Part shown: in pieces, positions 11,685-25,572 of the stretch
Position numbering within the stretch: the stretch's first letter is position 1
Layout of the letters: each line of letters begins with the position of its first letter
NCBI GenBank assembly: GCA_964016885.1
Contig: OZ024744.1
Coordinates: 131,316,001-131,380,000, forward strand
Source of the DNA: Eledone cirrhosa
Taxonomy: Eukaryota
Direction of reading: 5' to 3'
DNA: 64,000 bases
Notes under the pieces: model-generated
Seen by the model: the letters and a program-made list of their open reading frames with translations, nothing else
What the model was told of the DNA's origin: nothing
Databases searched by the model: none
Translations under genes and position numbers: made by a program

Positions 11685-13984
11685 TTCGGGGTTAAGTTAA
11701 GATGGGGTTAAATTAAGTTAGGCTTAACTTAAGTTGGGGTTAAGTTAAATTGGGGGTAAGTTAAGTTCTGGGTAAGTTAAGTTGGGGTTAAGTTAAGTTG
11801 GGGTTAAGTTGGGGTTAAGTTAAGTTAGGGTTAAGTTAAGTTGGGGTTGAGTTAAGTTGGGGTTAAGTTAAGTTGGGGTTAAGTTAAGTTGGGGTCAAGT
11901 TAAGTTGGGGTTAAAATTAAGTTGGGGTTAAATCAAGTTGGGGTTAAGTTAAGTTGGGGTTAATTTAGTTGGGGTTAAGTTAAGTTGGGGCTAAGTTAAG
12001 TTGGGGCTAAGTTAAGTTGGGACTAAGTTAAGTTGGGGTTAAGTTAAGTTGGGGTTAAGTTAAGTTGGGGTTAATTTAAATTGGGTTTAAGTTAAGTTGG
12101 GTTTAAGTTATGTTGGGGTTGAGTTAAGTTGGGGTTAAGTTAAGTTGGGGTTCAGTTAAGTTGGGGTTAAGTTAAGTTAGGGTTAAGATGGGGTTAAATT
12201 AAGTTGGGGTTAAGTTAAGTTGGGGTTAAGTTAAGTTGGGGTTAAGTTAAGTTGGGGTTAAGTTAAGTCGGGGTTAAGTTAAGTCGGGGTTAAGTTAAGT
12301 TAGGGTTAAGTTAAGTTGGAGTTAAGTTAAGTTGGGGTTGAGTTAAGTTGGGGTTGAGTTAAATTGGGGTGGAGTTAAGTTGGGGTTGAGTTAAGTTGGT
12401 GTTGAGTTAAGTTGGGGTTAAGTTAAGTTGGGGTTAAGTTAAGTGCAGTTAAGTTAAGTTGAGGTTAAGTTATGTAGGGGTTAAGTTAAGTTGGGGTTAA
12501 GTTAAGTTGGGGCTAAGTTAAGTTGGGGCTAAGTTAAGTTGGGGTTCAGTTAAGTTGGGGTTAAGTTAAGTTTGGGTTAAGTTGGGGTTAAATTAAGTTG
12601 GGGTTAAGTTAAGTTGGGGTTTAGTTAAGTTGGGGTTAATTTAAGTTGGGGTTAATTTAAGTTGCGGTTAAGTTAAGTAGGGGTTAATTTAAGTGGTGGT
12701 TATGTTAAGTTGGGGTTAAGTTAAGTTGGGGTTAATTTAAATTGGGGTTAAGTTAACTTTGTGGTTAAGTTAAGTTGGGGTTAAGTTAAGTTGGGGTTAA
12801 GTTAAGTTGGGGTTGCGTTAAGTTGGGGTTGAGTGAAGTTGGGGTTAAGTTAAGTTGGGGTTAATTTAAGTTGGGGTTAAGTTAAGTCGGGCTTAAGTTA
12901 AGTTGGGGTTGAGTTAAGTTGGGGTTAATTTAAGTTGGGGCTAAGTTAATTTGTGGTTAAGTTAAGTTGGGGTTAAGTTAAGTTGGGGTTAAGTTAAGTT
13001 GGGGTTGAGTTAAGTTGGGGTTGAGTTAATTTAGGGTTAAGTTAAGTTGGGGTTAAGTTAAGTTGGGTTTAAGTTAAGTTGGGGTTAAATTAAGTTGGGG
13101 TTAAATTAAGTTGGGGTTAAGTTAAGTTGGGGGTAAGTTAAGTTGGGGGCAAGTTAAGTTGGGGTTAAATTAAGTTGGGGTTAAGTTTAGTTGGTGTTAA
13201 GTTAAGTTGGGGTTTATTTAAGTTGGGGTTAATTAAGTTGGGGCTGAGTTAAGTTGGGGCTGAATTAAGTTGGGGTTAAGTTAAGTTGGGGTTGAGTTAA
13301 GTTGGGGTTAAGTTAAGTTGGGGTTAAGTTAAGTTGGGGTTAAGTTAAGTTGGGGTTTAGTTAAGTTGGGGTTCAGTTAAGTTGGGGTTAAGTTGGGGTT
13401 AAATTAATTTGGGGTTAAGTTAAGTTGGGGTTTAGTTTAGTTGGGGTTAAATTAAGTTGGGGTTAATTTAAGTTGGGGTTAAGTTAAGTTGCGGGTAATT
13501 TAAGTTGGGGTTAAGTTAAGTTGGGGTTAAGTTAAGTTGGGGTTAAGTTAAGTTGGGGGTAAGTTAAGTTGGGGGTAAGTTAAGTTGGGGGTAAGTTAAG
13601 TTGGGGTTAAGTTAAGTTGGGGTTAAGTTAAGTTAGGGTTAAGTTAAGTTGGGGTTGAGTTAAGTTGGGGTTAAGTTAAGTTGGGGTTATGTTAAGTTGG
13701 GGTTAAGTTAAGTTGGTTCGTTAAGTTGAGTTTAAGTTAAGTTGGGGTTAATTTAAGTTGGGGTTAAGTTAAGTTGGGGTTAAGTTAAGTTGGGGTTAAG
13801 TTAAGTTGGGGTTAAGTTAAGTTGTGGTTCAGTTAAGTTGGGGTTAAGTCAAATTGGGGTTAAGTTGGGGTTAAATTAATTTGGGGTTAAGTTAAGTTGG
13901 GGTTAAGTTAAGTTGTGGTTATGTTAAGTTGGGGTTAAGTTAAGTTGGGGTTAAGTTAATTTGTGGTTAAGTTAAGTTGTGGTT

Positions 13985-14425
13985 AACCCCAACTTCACTC
14001 AACCCCACCTTAACTCAACCCCAACTTAACTTAACCCCAACTTCACTCAACCCCAACTTAACTTAACCCCAACTTCACTCAACCCCAACTTAACTCAACC
14101 CCAACTTAACTTAACCCCAACTTAACTTAACCCTAACTTAACTTAACCCCAACTTAACTTAACTTCGACTTAACTTAACCCCAACTTAACTTAACCCCAA
14201 CTTAACTTAACCCCAACTTAACTTAACCACAAATTAACTTAACCCCAACTTAAATTAACCCCAACTTAAATTAACCCCAACTTAACTTAACCCCAACTTG
14301 ACTTAACCCCAACTTAACTTAACCCCAACTTAACTCACACCCAACTTAACTTACCCCCAACTTAACTTAACCCCAACTTGACTTAACCCCAAATTAACTT
14401 AACCCCAACTTAACTTAACCCCAAA
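13985..14425 (-). repeat. Inverted satellite cassette, type A (441 bp)
   Basis: Same junctions and markers as 11244-11684. Confidence 0.97.
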
Positions 14426-17400
14426 TTCGGGGTTAAGTTAAGTTGGGGTTAAATTAAGTTAGGCTTAACTTAAGTTGGGGTTAAGTTGGGGTTAAGTTAA
14501 GTTAGGGTTAAGTTAAGTTGGGGTTGAGTTAAGTTGGGGTTAAGTTAAGTTGGGGTTAAGTTAAGTTGGGGTCAAGTTAAGTTGGGGTTAAAATTAAGTT
14601 GGGGTTAAATCAAGTTGGGGTTAAGTTAAGTTGGGGTTAATTTAGTTGGGGTTAAGTTAAGTTGGGGCTAAGTTAAGTTGGGGCTAAGTTAAGTTGGGAC
14701 TAAGTTAAGTTGGGGTTAAGTTAAGTTGGGGTTAAGTTAAGTTGGGGTTAATTTAAATTGGGGTTAAGTTAAATTTGTGGTTAAGTTAAGTTGGGGTTAA
14801 GTTAAGTTGGGGTTAAGTTAAGTTGGGGTTGAGTTATGTTGGGGTTGAGTGAAGTTGGGGTTAAGTTAAGTTGGGGTTAAGTTGGCGTTAATTTAAGTTG
14901 GGGTTGAATTAAGTTGGGGTTGAGTTAATTTAGGGTTAAGTTAAGTTGGGGTTAAGTTAAGTTGGGTTTAAGTTAAGTTGGGGTTAAATTAAGTTGGGGT
15001 TAAATTAAGTTGGGGTTAAGTTAAGTTGGGGGTAGGTTAAGTTGGTGTTAAGTTAAGTTGGGGTTAAGTTAAGTTGGGGTTAAGTTAAGTTGGGGTCAAG
15101 TTAAGTTGGGGTTAAAATTAAGTTTGGGTTAAGTCAAGTTGGGGTTAAGTTAAGTTTGAGTTAATTTAGTTGGGGTTAAGTTAAGTTGGGGCTAAGTTAA
15201 GTTGGGGCTAAGTTAAGTTGGGGCTAAGTTAAGTTGGGGTTAAGTTAAGTTGGGGTTAATTTAAGTTGGGGTCAACTTAAATTGGGGTTAAGTTAAGTTG
15301 GGGTTAAGTTAAGTTGGGGTTAAGTTAAGTTGGGGTTAAGTTAAGTTGGTGTTAAGTTAAGTTGGGGCTTAGTTAAGTCGGGGCTGAGTTAAGTTGGGGC
15401 TGAGTTAAGTTGGGGTTAAGTTAAGTTGGGGTTGAGTTAAGTTGGGGTTAAGTTAAGTTGGGGTTAGGTTAAGTTGGGGTTAATTTAAGTTGGGTTTAAG
15501 TTATGTTGGGGTTGAGTTAAGTTGGGGTTAAGTTAAGTTGGGGTTCAGTTAAGTTGGGGTTAAGTTAAGTTGGGGTTAAGATGGGGTTAAATTAAGTTGG
15601 GGTTAAGTTAAGTTGGGGTTAAGTTAAGTTGGGGTTAAGTTAAGTCGGGGTTAAGTTAAGTCGGGGTTAAGTTAAGTTAGGGTTAAGTTAAGTTGGAGTT
15701 AAGTTAAGTTGGGGTTGAGTTAAGTTGGGGTTGAGTTAAATTGGGGTGGAGTTAAGTTGGGGTTGAGTTAAGTTGGTGTTGAATTAAGTTGGGGTTAAGT
15801 TAAGTTGGGGTTAAGTTAAGTGCAGTTAAGTTAAGTTGAGGTTAAGTTATGTAGGGGTTAAGTTAAGTTGGGGTTAAGTTAAGTTGGGGCTAAGTTAAGT
15901 TGGGGCTAAGTTAAGTTGGGGCTAAGTTAAGTTGGGGTTCAGTTAAGTTGGGGTTAAGTTAAGTTTGGGTTAAGTTGGGGTTAAATTAAGTTGGGGTTAA
16001 GTTAAGTTGGGGTTTAGTTAAGTTGGGGTTAAGTTAAGTTGGGGTTAATTTAAGTTGGGGTTAAGTTAAGTTGGGGTTAAGTTGGCGTTAAGTTAAGTTG
16101 GGGTTGAATTAAGTTGGGGTTGAGTTAATTTAGGGTTAAGTTAAGTTGGGGTTAAGTTAAGTTGGGTTTAAGTTAAGTTGGGGTTAAATTAAGTTGGGGT
16201 TAAATTAAGTTCGGGTTAAGTTAAGTTGGGGGTAAGTTAAGTTGGTGTTAAGTTAAGTTGGGGTTAAGTTAAGTTGGGGTTAAGTTAAGTTGGGGTCAAG
16301 TTAAGTTGGGGTTAAAATTAAGTTGGGGTTAAGTCAAGTTCGGGTTAAGTTAAGTTTGAGTTAATTTAGTTGGGGCTAAGTTAAGTTGGGGCTAAGTTAA
16401 GTTGGGGCTAAGTTAAGTTGGGGTTAAGTTAAGTTGGGGTTAAGTTAAGGTGGGGTTAATTTAAGTTGGGGTCAACTTAAATTGGGGTTAAGTTAAGTTG
16501 GGGTTAAGTTAAGTTGGGGTTAAGTTAAGTTGGGGTTAAGTTAAGTTGGGGTTAAGTTAAGTTGGTGTTAAGTTAAGTTGGGGCTAAGTTAAGTTGGGGC
16601 TGAGTTAAGTTGGGGCTGAGTTAAGTTGGGGTTAATTTAAGTTGGGGTTGAGTTAAGTTGGGGTTAAGTTAAGTTGGGGTTAAGTTAAGTTGGGGTTGAG
16701 TTAAGTTGGGGTTAAGTTAAGTTGGGGTTAAGTTAAGTTGGGGTTAAGTTAAGTTGGGGTTAAGTTAAGTCGGGGTTAAGTTAAGTCGGGGTTAAGTTAA
16801 GTTAGGGTTAAGTTAAGTTGGAGTTAAGTTAAGTTGGGGTTGAGTTAAGTTGGGGTTGAGTTAAATTGGGGTGGAGTTAAGTTGGGGTTGAGTTAAGTTG
16901 GTGTTGAGTTAAGTTGGGGTTAAGTTAAGTTGGGGTTAAGTTAAGTTGCAGTTAAGTTAAGTTGAGGTTAAGTTAAGTTGGGGTTAAGTTAAGTTGGGGT
17001 TAAGTTAAGTTGGGGCTAAGTTAAGTTGGGGCTAAGTTAAGTTGGGGCTAAGTTAAGTTGGGGTTCAGTTAAGTTGGGGTTAAGTTAAGTTGGTTAGTTA
17101 AGTTGAGTTTAATTTAAGTTGGGGTTAATTTAAGTTGGGGCTAAGTTAAGTTGGGGTTAAGTTAAGTTGGGGTTAAGTTAAGTTGGGGTTAAGTTAATTT
17201 GGGGTTCAGTTAAGTTGGGGTTAAGTCAAGTTGGGGTTAAGTTGGGGTTAAATTAATCTGGGGTTAAGTTATTGTTGGGGTTAAGTTAAGTTGGGGTTAA
17301 GTTAAGTTGGGGTTAAGTTAAGTTGGGGTTAAGTTAATTTGGGGTTGAGTTAATTTGGGGTTAAGTTAAGTTGGGGTTAAGTTAAGTTGGGTTTAAGTTA

Positions 17401-17506
17401 AATTGGGGTTAAATTAAGTTGGGGTTAAATTAAGTTGGGGTTAAGTTAAGTTGGGGGTAAGTTAAGTTGGGGGCAAGTTAATTTGTGGATAAGTTAAGTT
17501 GTGGTT

Positions 17507-17899
17507 AACCCCAACTTCACTCAACCCCACCTTAACTCAACCCCAACTTAACTTAACCCCAACTTCACTCAACCCCAACTTAACTCAACCCCAACTTAAC
17601 TTAACCCCAACTTAACTTAACCCTAACTTAACTTAACCCCAACTTAACTTAACTTCGACTTAACTTAACCCCAACTTAACTTAACCCCAACTTAACTTAA
17701 CCCCAACTTAACTTAACCACAAATTAACTTAACCCCAACTTAAATTAACCCCAACTTAAATTAACCCCAACTTAACTTAACCCCAACTTAACTTAACCCC
17801 AACTTAACTCACACCCAACTTAACTTACCCCCAACTTAACTTAACCCCAACTTGACTTAACCCCAAATTAACTTAACCCCAACTTAACTTAACCCCAAA
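17507..17899 (-). repeat. Inverted satellite cassette, type A with GTGGAT left flank (393 bp)
   Basis: Same junctions. The left flank GGGGGCAAGTTAATTTGTGGAT is shared with the copies at 25228, 49308 and 58918. Confidence 0.97.
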
Positions 17900-20800
17900 T
17901 TCGGGGTTAAGTTAAGTTGGGGTTAAATTAAGTTAGGCTTAACTTAAGTTGGGGTTAAGTTAAATTGGGGGTAAGTTAAGTTCTGGGTAAGTTAAGTTGG
18001 GGTTAAGTTAAGTTAGGGTTAAGTTAAGTTGGGTTTGAGTTAAGTTGGGGTTAAGTTAAGTTGGGGTTATGTTAAGTTGGGGTCAAGTTAAGTTGGGGTT
18101 AAAATTAAGTTGGGGTTAAATCAAGTTGGGGTTAAGTTAAGTTGGGGTTAATTTAGTTGGGGTTAAGTTAAGTTGGGGCTAAGTTAAGTTGGGGTTAAGT
18201 TAAGTTGGGGTTAAGTTAAGTTGGGGTTAATTTAAATTGGGGTTAAGTTAACTTTGTGGTTAAGTTAAGTTGGGGTTAAGTTAAGTTGGGGTTAAGTTAA
18301 GTTGGGGTTGAGTTAAGTTGGGGTTGAGTGAAGTTGGTGTTAAGTTAAGTTGGGGTTAAGTTGGCGTTAAGTTAAATTGGGGTTGAATTAAGTTGGGGTT
18401 GAGTTAATTTAGGGTTAAGTTAAGTTGGGGTTAAGTTAAGTTGGGTTTAAGTTAAGTTGGGGTTAAATTAAGTTGGGGTTAAATTAAGTTGGGGTTAAGT
18501 TAAGTTGGGGGTAAGTTAAGTTGGTGTTAAGTTAAGTTGGGGTTAAGTTAAGTTGGGGTCAAGTTAAGTTGGGGTTAAAATTAAGTTTGGGTTAAGTCAA
18601 GTTGGGGTTAAGTTAAGTTTGAGTTAATTTAGTTGGGGTTAAGTTAACTTGGGGCTAAGTTAAGTTGGGGCTAAGTTAAGTTGGGGCTAAGTTAAGTTGG
18701 GGTTAAGTTAAGTTGGGGTTAAGTTAAGGTGGGGTTAATTTAAGTTGGGGTCAACTTAAATTGGGGATAAGTTAAGTTGGGGTTACGTTAAGTTGGGGTT
18801 AAGTTAAGTTGGGGTTAAGTTAAGCTGGGGTTAAGTTAAGTTGGTGTTAAGTTAAGTTGGGGCTAAGTTAAGTTGGGGCTGAGTTAAGTTGGGGCTGAGT
18901 TAAGTTGGGGTTAATTTAAGTTGGGGTTGAGTTAAGTTGGGGTTAAGTTAAGTTGGGGTTAAGTTAAGTTGGGGTTAAGTTAAGTTGGGGTTGAGTTAAG
19001 TTGGGGTTAAGTTAAGTTGGGGTTAAGTTAAGTTGGGGTTCAGTTAAGTTGGGGTTAAGTTAAGTTGGGGTTAAGATGGGGTTAAATTAAGTTGGGGTTA
19101 AGTTAAGTTGGGGTTAAGTTAAGTTAGGGTTAAGTTAAGTTGGGGTTAAGTTAAGTCGGGGTTAAGTTAAGTCGGGGTTAAGTTAAGTTAGGGTTAAGTT
19201 AAGTTGGAGTTAAGTTAAGTTGGGGTTGAGTTAAGTTGGGGTTGAGTTGAATTGGGGTGGAGTTAAGTTGGGGTTGAGTTAAGTTGGTGTTGAGTTAAGT
19301 TGGGGTTAAGTTAAGTTGGGGTTAAGTTAAGTTGCAGTTAAGTTAAGTTGAGGTTAAGTTAAGTTGGGGTTAAGTTAAGTTGGGGTTAAGTTAAGTTGGG
19401 GTTAAGTTAAATGGGGCTAAGTTAAGTTGGGGCTAAGTTAAGTTGGTGTTCAGTTAAGTTGGGGTTAAGTTAAGTTTGGGTTAAGTTGGGGTTAAATTAA
19501 GTTGGGGTTAAGTTAAGTTGGGGTTTAGTTAAGTTGGGGTTAAGTTAAGTTGGGGTTAATTTAAGTTGGGGTTAAGTTAAGTTGGGGTTAAGTTGGCGTT
19601 AAGTTAAGTTGGGGTTGAATTAAGTTGGGGTTGAGTTAATTTAGGGTTAAGTTAAGTTGGGGTTAAGTTAAGTTGGGTTTAAGTTAAGTTGGGGTTAAAT
19701 TAAGTTGGGGTTAAATTAAGTTCGGGTTAAGTTAAGTTGGGGGTAAGTTAAGTTGGTGTTAAGTTAAGTTGGGGTTAAGTTAAGTTGGGGTTAAGTTAAG
19801 TTGGGGTTAAGTTAAGTTGGGGTTAAGTTAAGTCGGGGTTAAGTTAAGTCGGGGTTAAGTTAAGTTAGGGTTAAGTTAAGTTGGAGTTAAGTTAAGTTGG
19901 GGTTGAGTTAAGTTGGGGTTGAGTTAAATTGGGGTGGAGTTAAGTTGGGGTTGAGTTAAGTTGGTGTTGACTTAAGTTGGGGTTAAGTTAAGTTGGGGTT
20001 AAGTTAAGTGCAGTTAAGTTAAGTTGAGGTTAAGCTATGTAGGGGTTAAGTTAAGTTGGGGTTAAGTTAAGTTGGGGCTAAGTTAAGTTGGGGCTAAGTT
20101 AAGTTGGGGTTCAGTTAAGTTGGGGTTAAGTTAAGTTTGGGTTAAGTTGGGGTTAAATTAAGTTGGGGTTAAGTTAAGTTGGGGTTTAGTTAAGTTGGGG
20201 TTAATTTAAGTTGCGGTTAATTTAAGTTGCGGTTAAGTTAAGTTGGGGTTAAGTTAAGTGGTGGTTATGTTAAGTTGGGGTTAATTTAAGTTGGGGTTAA
20301 TTTAAATTGGGGTTAAGTTAACTTTGTGGTTAAGTTAAGTTGGGGTTAAGTTAAGTTGGGGTTGCGTTAAGTCGGGGTTGAGTGAAGTTGGGGTTAAGTT
20401 AAGTTGGGGTTAATTTAAGTTGGGGTTAAGTTAAGTCGGGCTTAAGTTAAGTTGGGGTTGAGTTAAGTTGGGGTTAATTTAAGTTGGGGCTAAGTTAATA
20501 TGTGGTTAAGTTAATTTGGGGTTAAGTTAAGTTGGGGTTAAGTTAAGTTGGGGTTGAGTTAAGTTGGGGTTGAGTTAATTTAGGGTTAAGTTAAGTTTGG
20601 GTTAAGTTAAGTTGGGTTTAAGTTAAGTTGGGGTTAAATTAAGTTGGGGTTAAATTAAGTTGGGGTTAAGTTAAGTTGGGGGTAAGTTAAGTTGGGGGCA
20701 AGTTAAATTGGGGTTAAGTTAAGTTGGGGTTAAATTAAGTTGGGGTTAAGTTTAGTTGGTGTTAAGTTAAGTTGGGGTTTATTTAAGTTGGGGTTAATTA

Positions 20801-21469
20801 AGTTGGGGCTGAGTTAAGTTGGGGCTGAATTAAGTTGGGTTTAAGTTAAGTTGGGGTTGAGTTAAGTTGGGGTTAAGATAAGTTGGGGTTAAGTTAAGTT
20901 GGGGTTAAGTTAAGTTGGGGTTTAGTTAAGTTGGGGTTCAGTTAAGTTGGGGTTAAGTTGGGGTTAAATTAATTTGGGGTTAAGTTAAGTTGGGGTTTAG
21001 TTTAGTTGGGGTTAAATTAAGTTGGGGTTAATTTAAGTTGGGGTTAAGTTAAGTTGCGGGTAATTTAAGTTGGGGTTAAGTTAAGTTGGGGTTAAGTTAA
21101 GTTGGGGTTAAGTTAAGTTAGGGTTAAGTTAAGTTGGGGTTGAGTTAAGTTGGGGTTAAGTTAAGTTGGGGTTATGTTAAGTTGGGGTTAAGTTAAGTTG
21201 GTTCGTTAAGTTGAGTTTAAGTTAAGTTGGGGTTAATTTAAGTTGGGGTTAAGTTAAGTTGGGGTTAAGTTAAGTTGGGGTTAAGTTAAGTTGGGGTTAA
21301 GTTAAGTTGGGGTTCAGTTAAGTTGGGGTTAAGTCAAGTTGGGGTTAAGTTGGGGTTAAATTAATTTGGGGTTAAGTTAAGTTGGGGTTAAGTTAAGTTG
21401 GGGTTATGTTAAGTTGGGGTTAAGTTAAGTTGGGGTTAAGTTAATTTGTGGTTAAGTTAAGTTGTGGTT

Positions 21470-21910
21470 AACCCCAACTTCACTCAACCCCACCTTAACT
21501 CAACCCCAACTTAACTTAACCCCAACTTCACTCAACCCCAACTTAACTTAACCCCAACTTCACTCAACCCCAACTTAACTCAACCCCAACTTAACTTAAC
21601 CCCAACTTAACTTAACCCTGACTTAACTTAACCCCAACTTAACTTAACTTCGACTTAACTTAACCCCAACTTAACTTAACCCCAACTTAACTTAACCCCA
21701 ACTTAACTTGACCACAAATTAACTTAACCCCAACTTAAATTAACCCCAACTTAAATTAACCCCAACTTAACTTAACCCCAACTTAACTTAACCCCAACTT
21801 AACTTAACCCCAACTTAACTCACACCCAACTTAACTTACCCCCAACTTAACTTAACCCCAACTTGACTTAACCCCAAATTAACTTAACCCCAACTTAACT
21901 TAACCCCAAA
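21470..21910 (-). repeat. Inverted satellite cassette, type A (441 bp)
   Basis: Same junctions and markers as 11244-11684. Confidence 0.97.
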
Positions 21911-23160
21911 TTCGGGGTTAAGTTAAGTTGGGGTTAAATTAAGTTAGGCTTAACTTAAGTTGGGGTTAAGTTAAATTGGGGGTAAGTTAAGTTCTGGGTA
22001 AGTTAAGTTGGGGTTAAGTTAATTTGGGGTTAAGTTGGGGTTAAGTTAAGTTAGGGTTAAGTTAAGTTGGGGTTGAGTTAAGTTGGGGTTAAGTTAAGTT
22101 GGGGTTAAGTTAAGTTGGGGTCAAGTTAAGTTGGGGTTAAAATTAAGTTGGGGTTAAATCAAGTTGGGGTTAAGTTAAGTTGAGGTTAATTTAGTTGGGG
22201 TTAAGTTAAGTTGGGGCTAAGTTAAGTTGGGGCTAAGTTAAGTTGGGACTAAGTTAAGTTGGGGTTAAGTTAAGTTGGGGTTAAGTTAAGTTGGGGTTAA
22301 TTTAAATTGGGGTTAAGTTAACTTTGTGGTTAAGTTAAGTTGGGGTTAAGTTAAGTTGGGGTTAAGTTAAGTTGGGGTTGAGTTAAGTTGGGGTTGAGTG
22401 AAGTTGGGGTTAAGTTAAGTTGGGGTTAAGTTGGCGTTAAGTTAAGTTGGGGTTGAATTAAGTTGGGGTTGAGTTAATTTAGGGTTAAGTTAAGTTGGGG
22501 TTAAGTTAAGTTGGGTTTAAGTTAAGTTGGGGTTAAATTAAGTTGGGGTTAAATTAAGTTGGGGTTAAGTTAAGTTGGGGGTAGGTTAAGTTGGTGTTAA
22601 GTTAAGTTGGGGTTAAGTTAAGTTGGGGTTAAGTTAAGTTGGGGTCAAGTTAAGTTGGGGTTAAAATTAAGTTTGGGTTAAGTCAAGTTGGGGTTAAGTT
22701 AAGTTTGAGTTAATTTAGTTGGGGTTAACTTAAGTTGGGGCTAAGTTAAGTTGGGGCTAAGTTAAGTTGGGGCTAAGTTAAGTTGGGGTTAAGTTAAGTT
22801 GGGGTTAAGTTAAGTTGGGGTTAATTTAAGTTGGGGTCAACTTAAATTGGGGATAAGTTAAGTTGGGGTTACGTTAAGTTGGGGTTAAGTTAAGTTGGGG
22901 TTAAGTTAAGTTGGGGTTAAGTTAAGTTGGTGTTAAGTTAAGTTGGGGCTAAGTTAAGTTGGGGCTGAGTTAAGTTGGGGCTGAGTTAAGTTGGGGTTAA
23001 TTTAAGTTGGGGTTGAGTTAAGTTGGGGTTAAGTTAAGTTGGGGTTAAGTTAAGTTGGGGTTAAGTTAAGTTGGGGTTGAGTTAAGTTGGGGTTAAGTTA
23101 AGTTGGGGTTAAGTTAAGTTGGGGTTCAGTTAAGTTGGCGTTAAGTTAAGTTGGGGTTAA

Positions 23161-24409
23161 GATGGGGTTAAATTAAGTTGGGGTTAAGTTAAGTTGGGGT
23201 TAAGTTAAGTTGGGGTTAAGTTAAGTTGGGGTTAAGTTAAGTCGGGGTTAAGTTAAGTCGGGGTTAAGTTAAGTTAGGGTTAAGTTAAGTTGGAGTTAAG
23301 TTAAGTTGGGGTTGAGTTAAGTTGGGGTTGAGTTAAATTGGGGTGGAGTTAAGTTGGGGTTGAGTTAAGTTGGTGTTGAGTTAAGTTGGGGTTAAGTTAA
23401 GTTGGGGTTAAGTTAAGTTGCAGTTAAGTTAAGTTGAGGTTAAGTTAAGTTGGGGTTAAGTTAAGTTGGGGTTAAGTTAAGTTGGGGCTAAGTTAAGTTG
23501 GGGCTAAGTTAAGTTGGGGCTAAGTTAAGTTGGGGTTCAGTTAAGTTGGGGTTAAGTTAAGTTTGGGTTAAGTTGGGGTTAAATTAAGTTGGGGTTAAGT
23601 TAAGTTGGGGTTTAGTTAAGTTGGGGTTAAGTTAAGTTGGGGTTAATTTAAGTTGGGGTTAAGTTAAGTTGGGGTTAAGTTGGCGTTAAGTTAAGTTGGG
23701 GTTGAATTAAGTTGGGGTTGAGTTAATTTAGGGTTAAGTTAAGTTGGGGTTAAGTTAAGTTGGGTTTAAGTTAAGTTGGGGTTAAATTAAGTTGGGGTTA
23801 AATTAACTTCGGGTTAAGTTAAGTTGGGGGTAAGTTAAGTTGGTGTTAAGTTAAGTTGGGGTTAAGTTAAGTTGGGGTTAAGTTAAGTTGGGGTCAAGTT
23901 AAGTTGGGGTTAAAATTAAGTTGGGGTTAAGTGAAGTTGGGGTTAAGTTAAGTTTGAGTTAATTTAGTTGGGGTTAAGTTAAGTTGGGGCTAAGTTAAGT
24001 TGGGGCTAAGTTAAGTTGGGGCTAAGTTAAGTTGGGGTTAAGTTAAGTTGGGGTTAAGTTAAGGTGGGGTTAATTTAAGTTGGGGTCAACTTAAATTGGG
24101 GTTAAGTTAAGTTGGGGTTAAGTTAAGTTGGGGTTAAGTTAAGTTGGGGTTAAGTTAAGTTGGGGTTAAGTTAAGTTGGTGTTAAGTTAAGTTGGGGCTA
24201 AGTTAAGTTGGGGCTGAGTTAAGTTGGGGCTGAGTTAAGTTGGGGTTAATTTAAGTTGGGGTTGAGTTAAGTTGGGGTTAAGTTAAGTTGGGGTTAAGTT
24301 AAGTTGGGGTTAAGTTAAGTTGGGGTTGAGTTAAGTTGGGGTTAAGTTAAGTTGGGGTTAAGTTAAGTTGGGGTTCAGTTAAGTTGCGGTTAAGTTAAGT
24401 TGGGGTTAA
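23161..24409 (+). repeat. One full copy of a ~1.25-kb higher-order repeat unit
   Basis: Marker AAGATGGGG recurs at 23161 and 24410 (1249 bp apart) and at 60518 and 61750 (1232 bp apart). The same ordered series of variant monomers lies between them. Confidence 0.85.
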
Positions 24410-25227
24410 GATGGGGTTAAATTAAGTTGGGGTTAAGTTAAGTTGGGGTTAAGTTAAGTTGGGGTTAAGTTAAGTTGGGGTTAAGTTAAGTCGGGGTTAA
24501 GTTAAGTCGGGGTTAAGTTAAGTTAGGGTTAAGTTAAGTTGGAGTTAAGTTAAGTTGGGGTTGAGTTAAGTTGGGGTTGAGTTAAATTGGGGTGGAGTTA
24601 AGTTGGGGTTGAGTTAAGTTGGTGTTGAGTTAAGTTGGGGTTAAGTTAAGTTGGGGTTAAGTTAAGTTGCAGTTAAGTTAAGTTGAGGTTAAGTTAAGTT
24701 GGGGTTAAGTTAAGTTGGGGTTAAGTTAAGTTGGGGCTAAGTTAAGTTGGGGCTAAGTTAAGTTGGGGCTAAGTTAAGTTGGGGTTCAGTTAAGTTGGGG
24801 TTAAGTTAAGTTGGTTAGTTAAGTTGAGTTTAATTTAAGTTGGGGTTAATTTAAGTTGGGGCTAAGTTAAGTTGGGGTTAAGTTAACTTGGGGTTAAGTT
24901 AAGTTGGGGTTAAGTTAATTTGGGGTTCAGTTAAGTTGGGGTTAAGTCAAGTTGGGGTTAAGTTGGGGTTAAATTAATCTGGGGTTAAGTTATTGTTGGG
25001 GTTAAGTTAAGTTGGGGTTAAGTTAAGTTGGGGTTAAGTTAAGTTGGGTTTAAGTTAATTTGGGGTTGAGTTAATTTGGGGTTAAGTTAAGTTGGGGTTA
25101 AGTTAAGTTGGGTTTAAGTTAAGTTGGGGTTAAATTAAGTTGGGGTTAAATTAAGTTGGGGTTAAGTTAAGTTGGGGGTAAGTTAAGTTGGGGGCAAGTT
25201 AATTTGTGGATGAGTTAAGTTGTGGTT

Positions 25228-25572
25228 AACCCCAACTTCACTCAACCCCACCTTAACTCAACCCCAACTTAACTTAACCCCAACTTAACTTAACCCTAAC
25301 TTAACTTAACCCCAACTTAACTTAACTTCGACTTAACTTAACCCCAACTTAACTTAACCCCAACTTAACTTAACCCCAACTTAACTTAACCACAAATTAA
25401 CTTAACCCCAACTTAAATTAACCCCAACTTAAATTAACCCCAACTTAACTTAACCCCAACTTAACTTAACCCCAACTTAACTCACACCCAACTTAACTTA
25501 CCCCCAACTTAACTTAACCCCAACTTGACTTAACCCCAAATTAACTTAACCCCAACTTAACTTAACCCCAAA
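25228..25572 (-). repeat. Inverted satellite cassette, type A with GTGGAT left flank (345 bp)
   Basis: Same junctions. Three monomers shorter than 17507-17899. Confidence 0.97.
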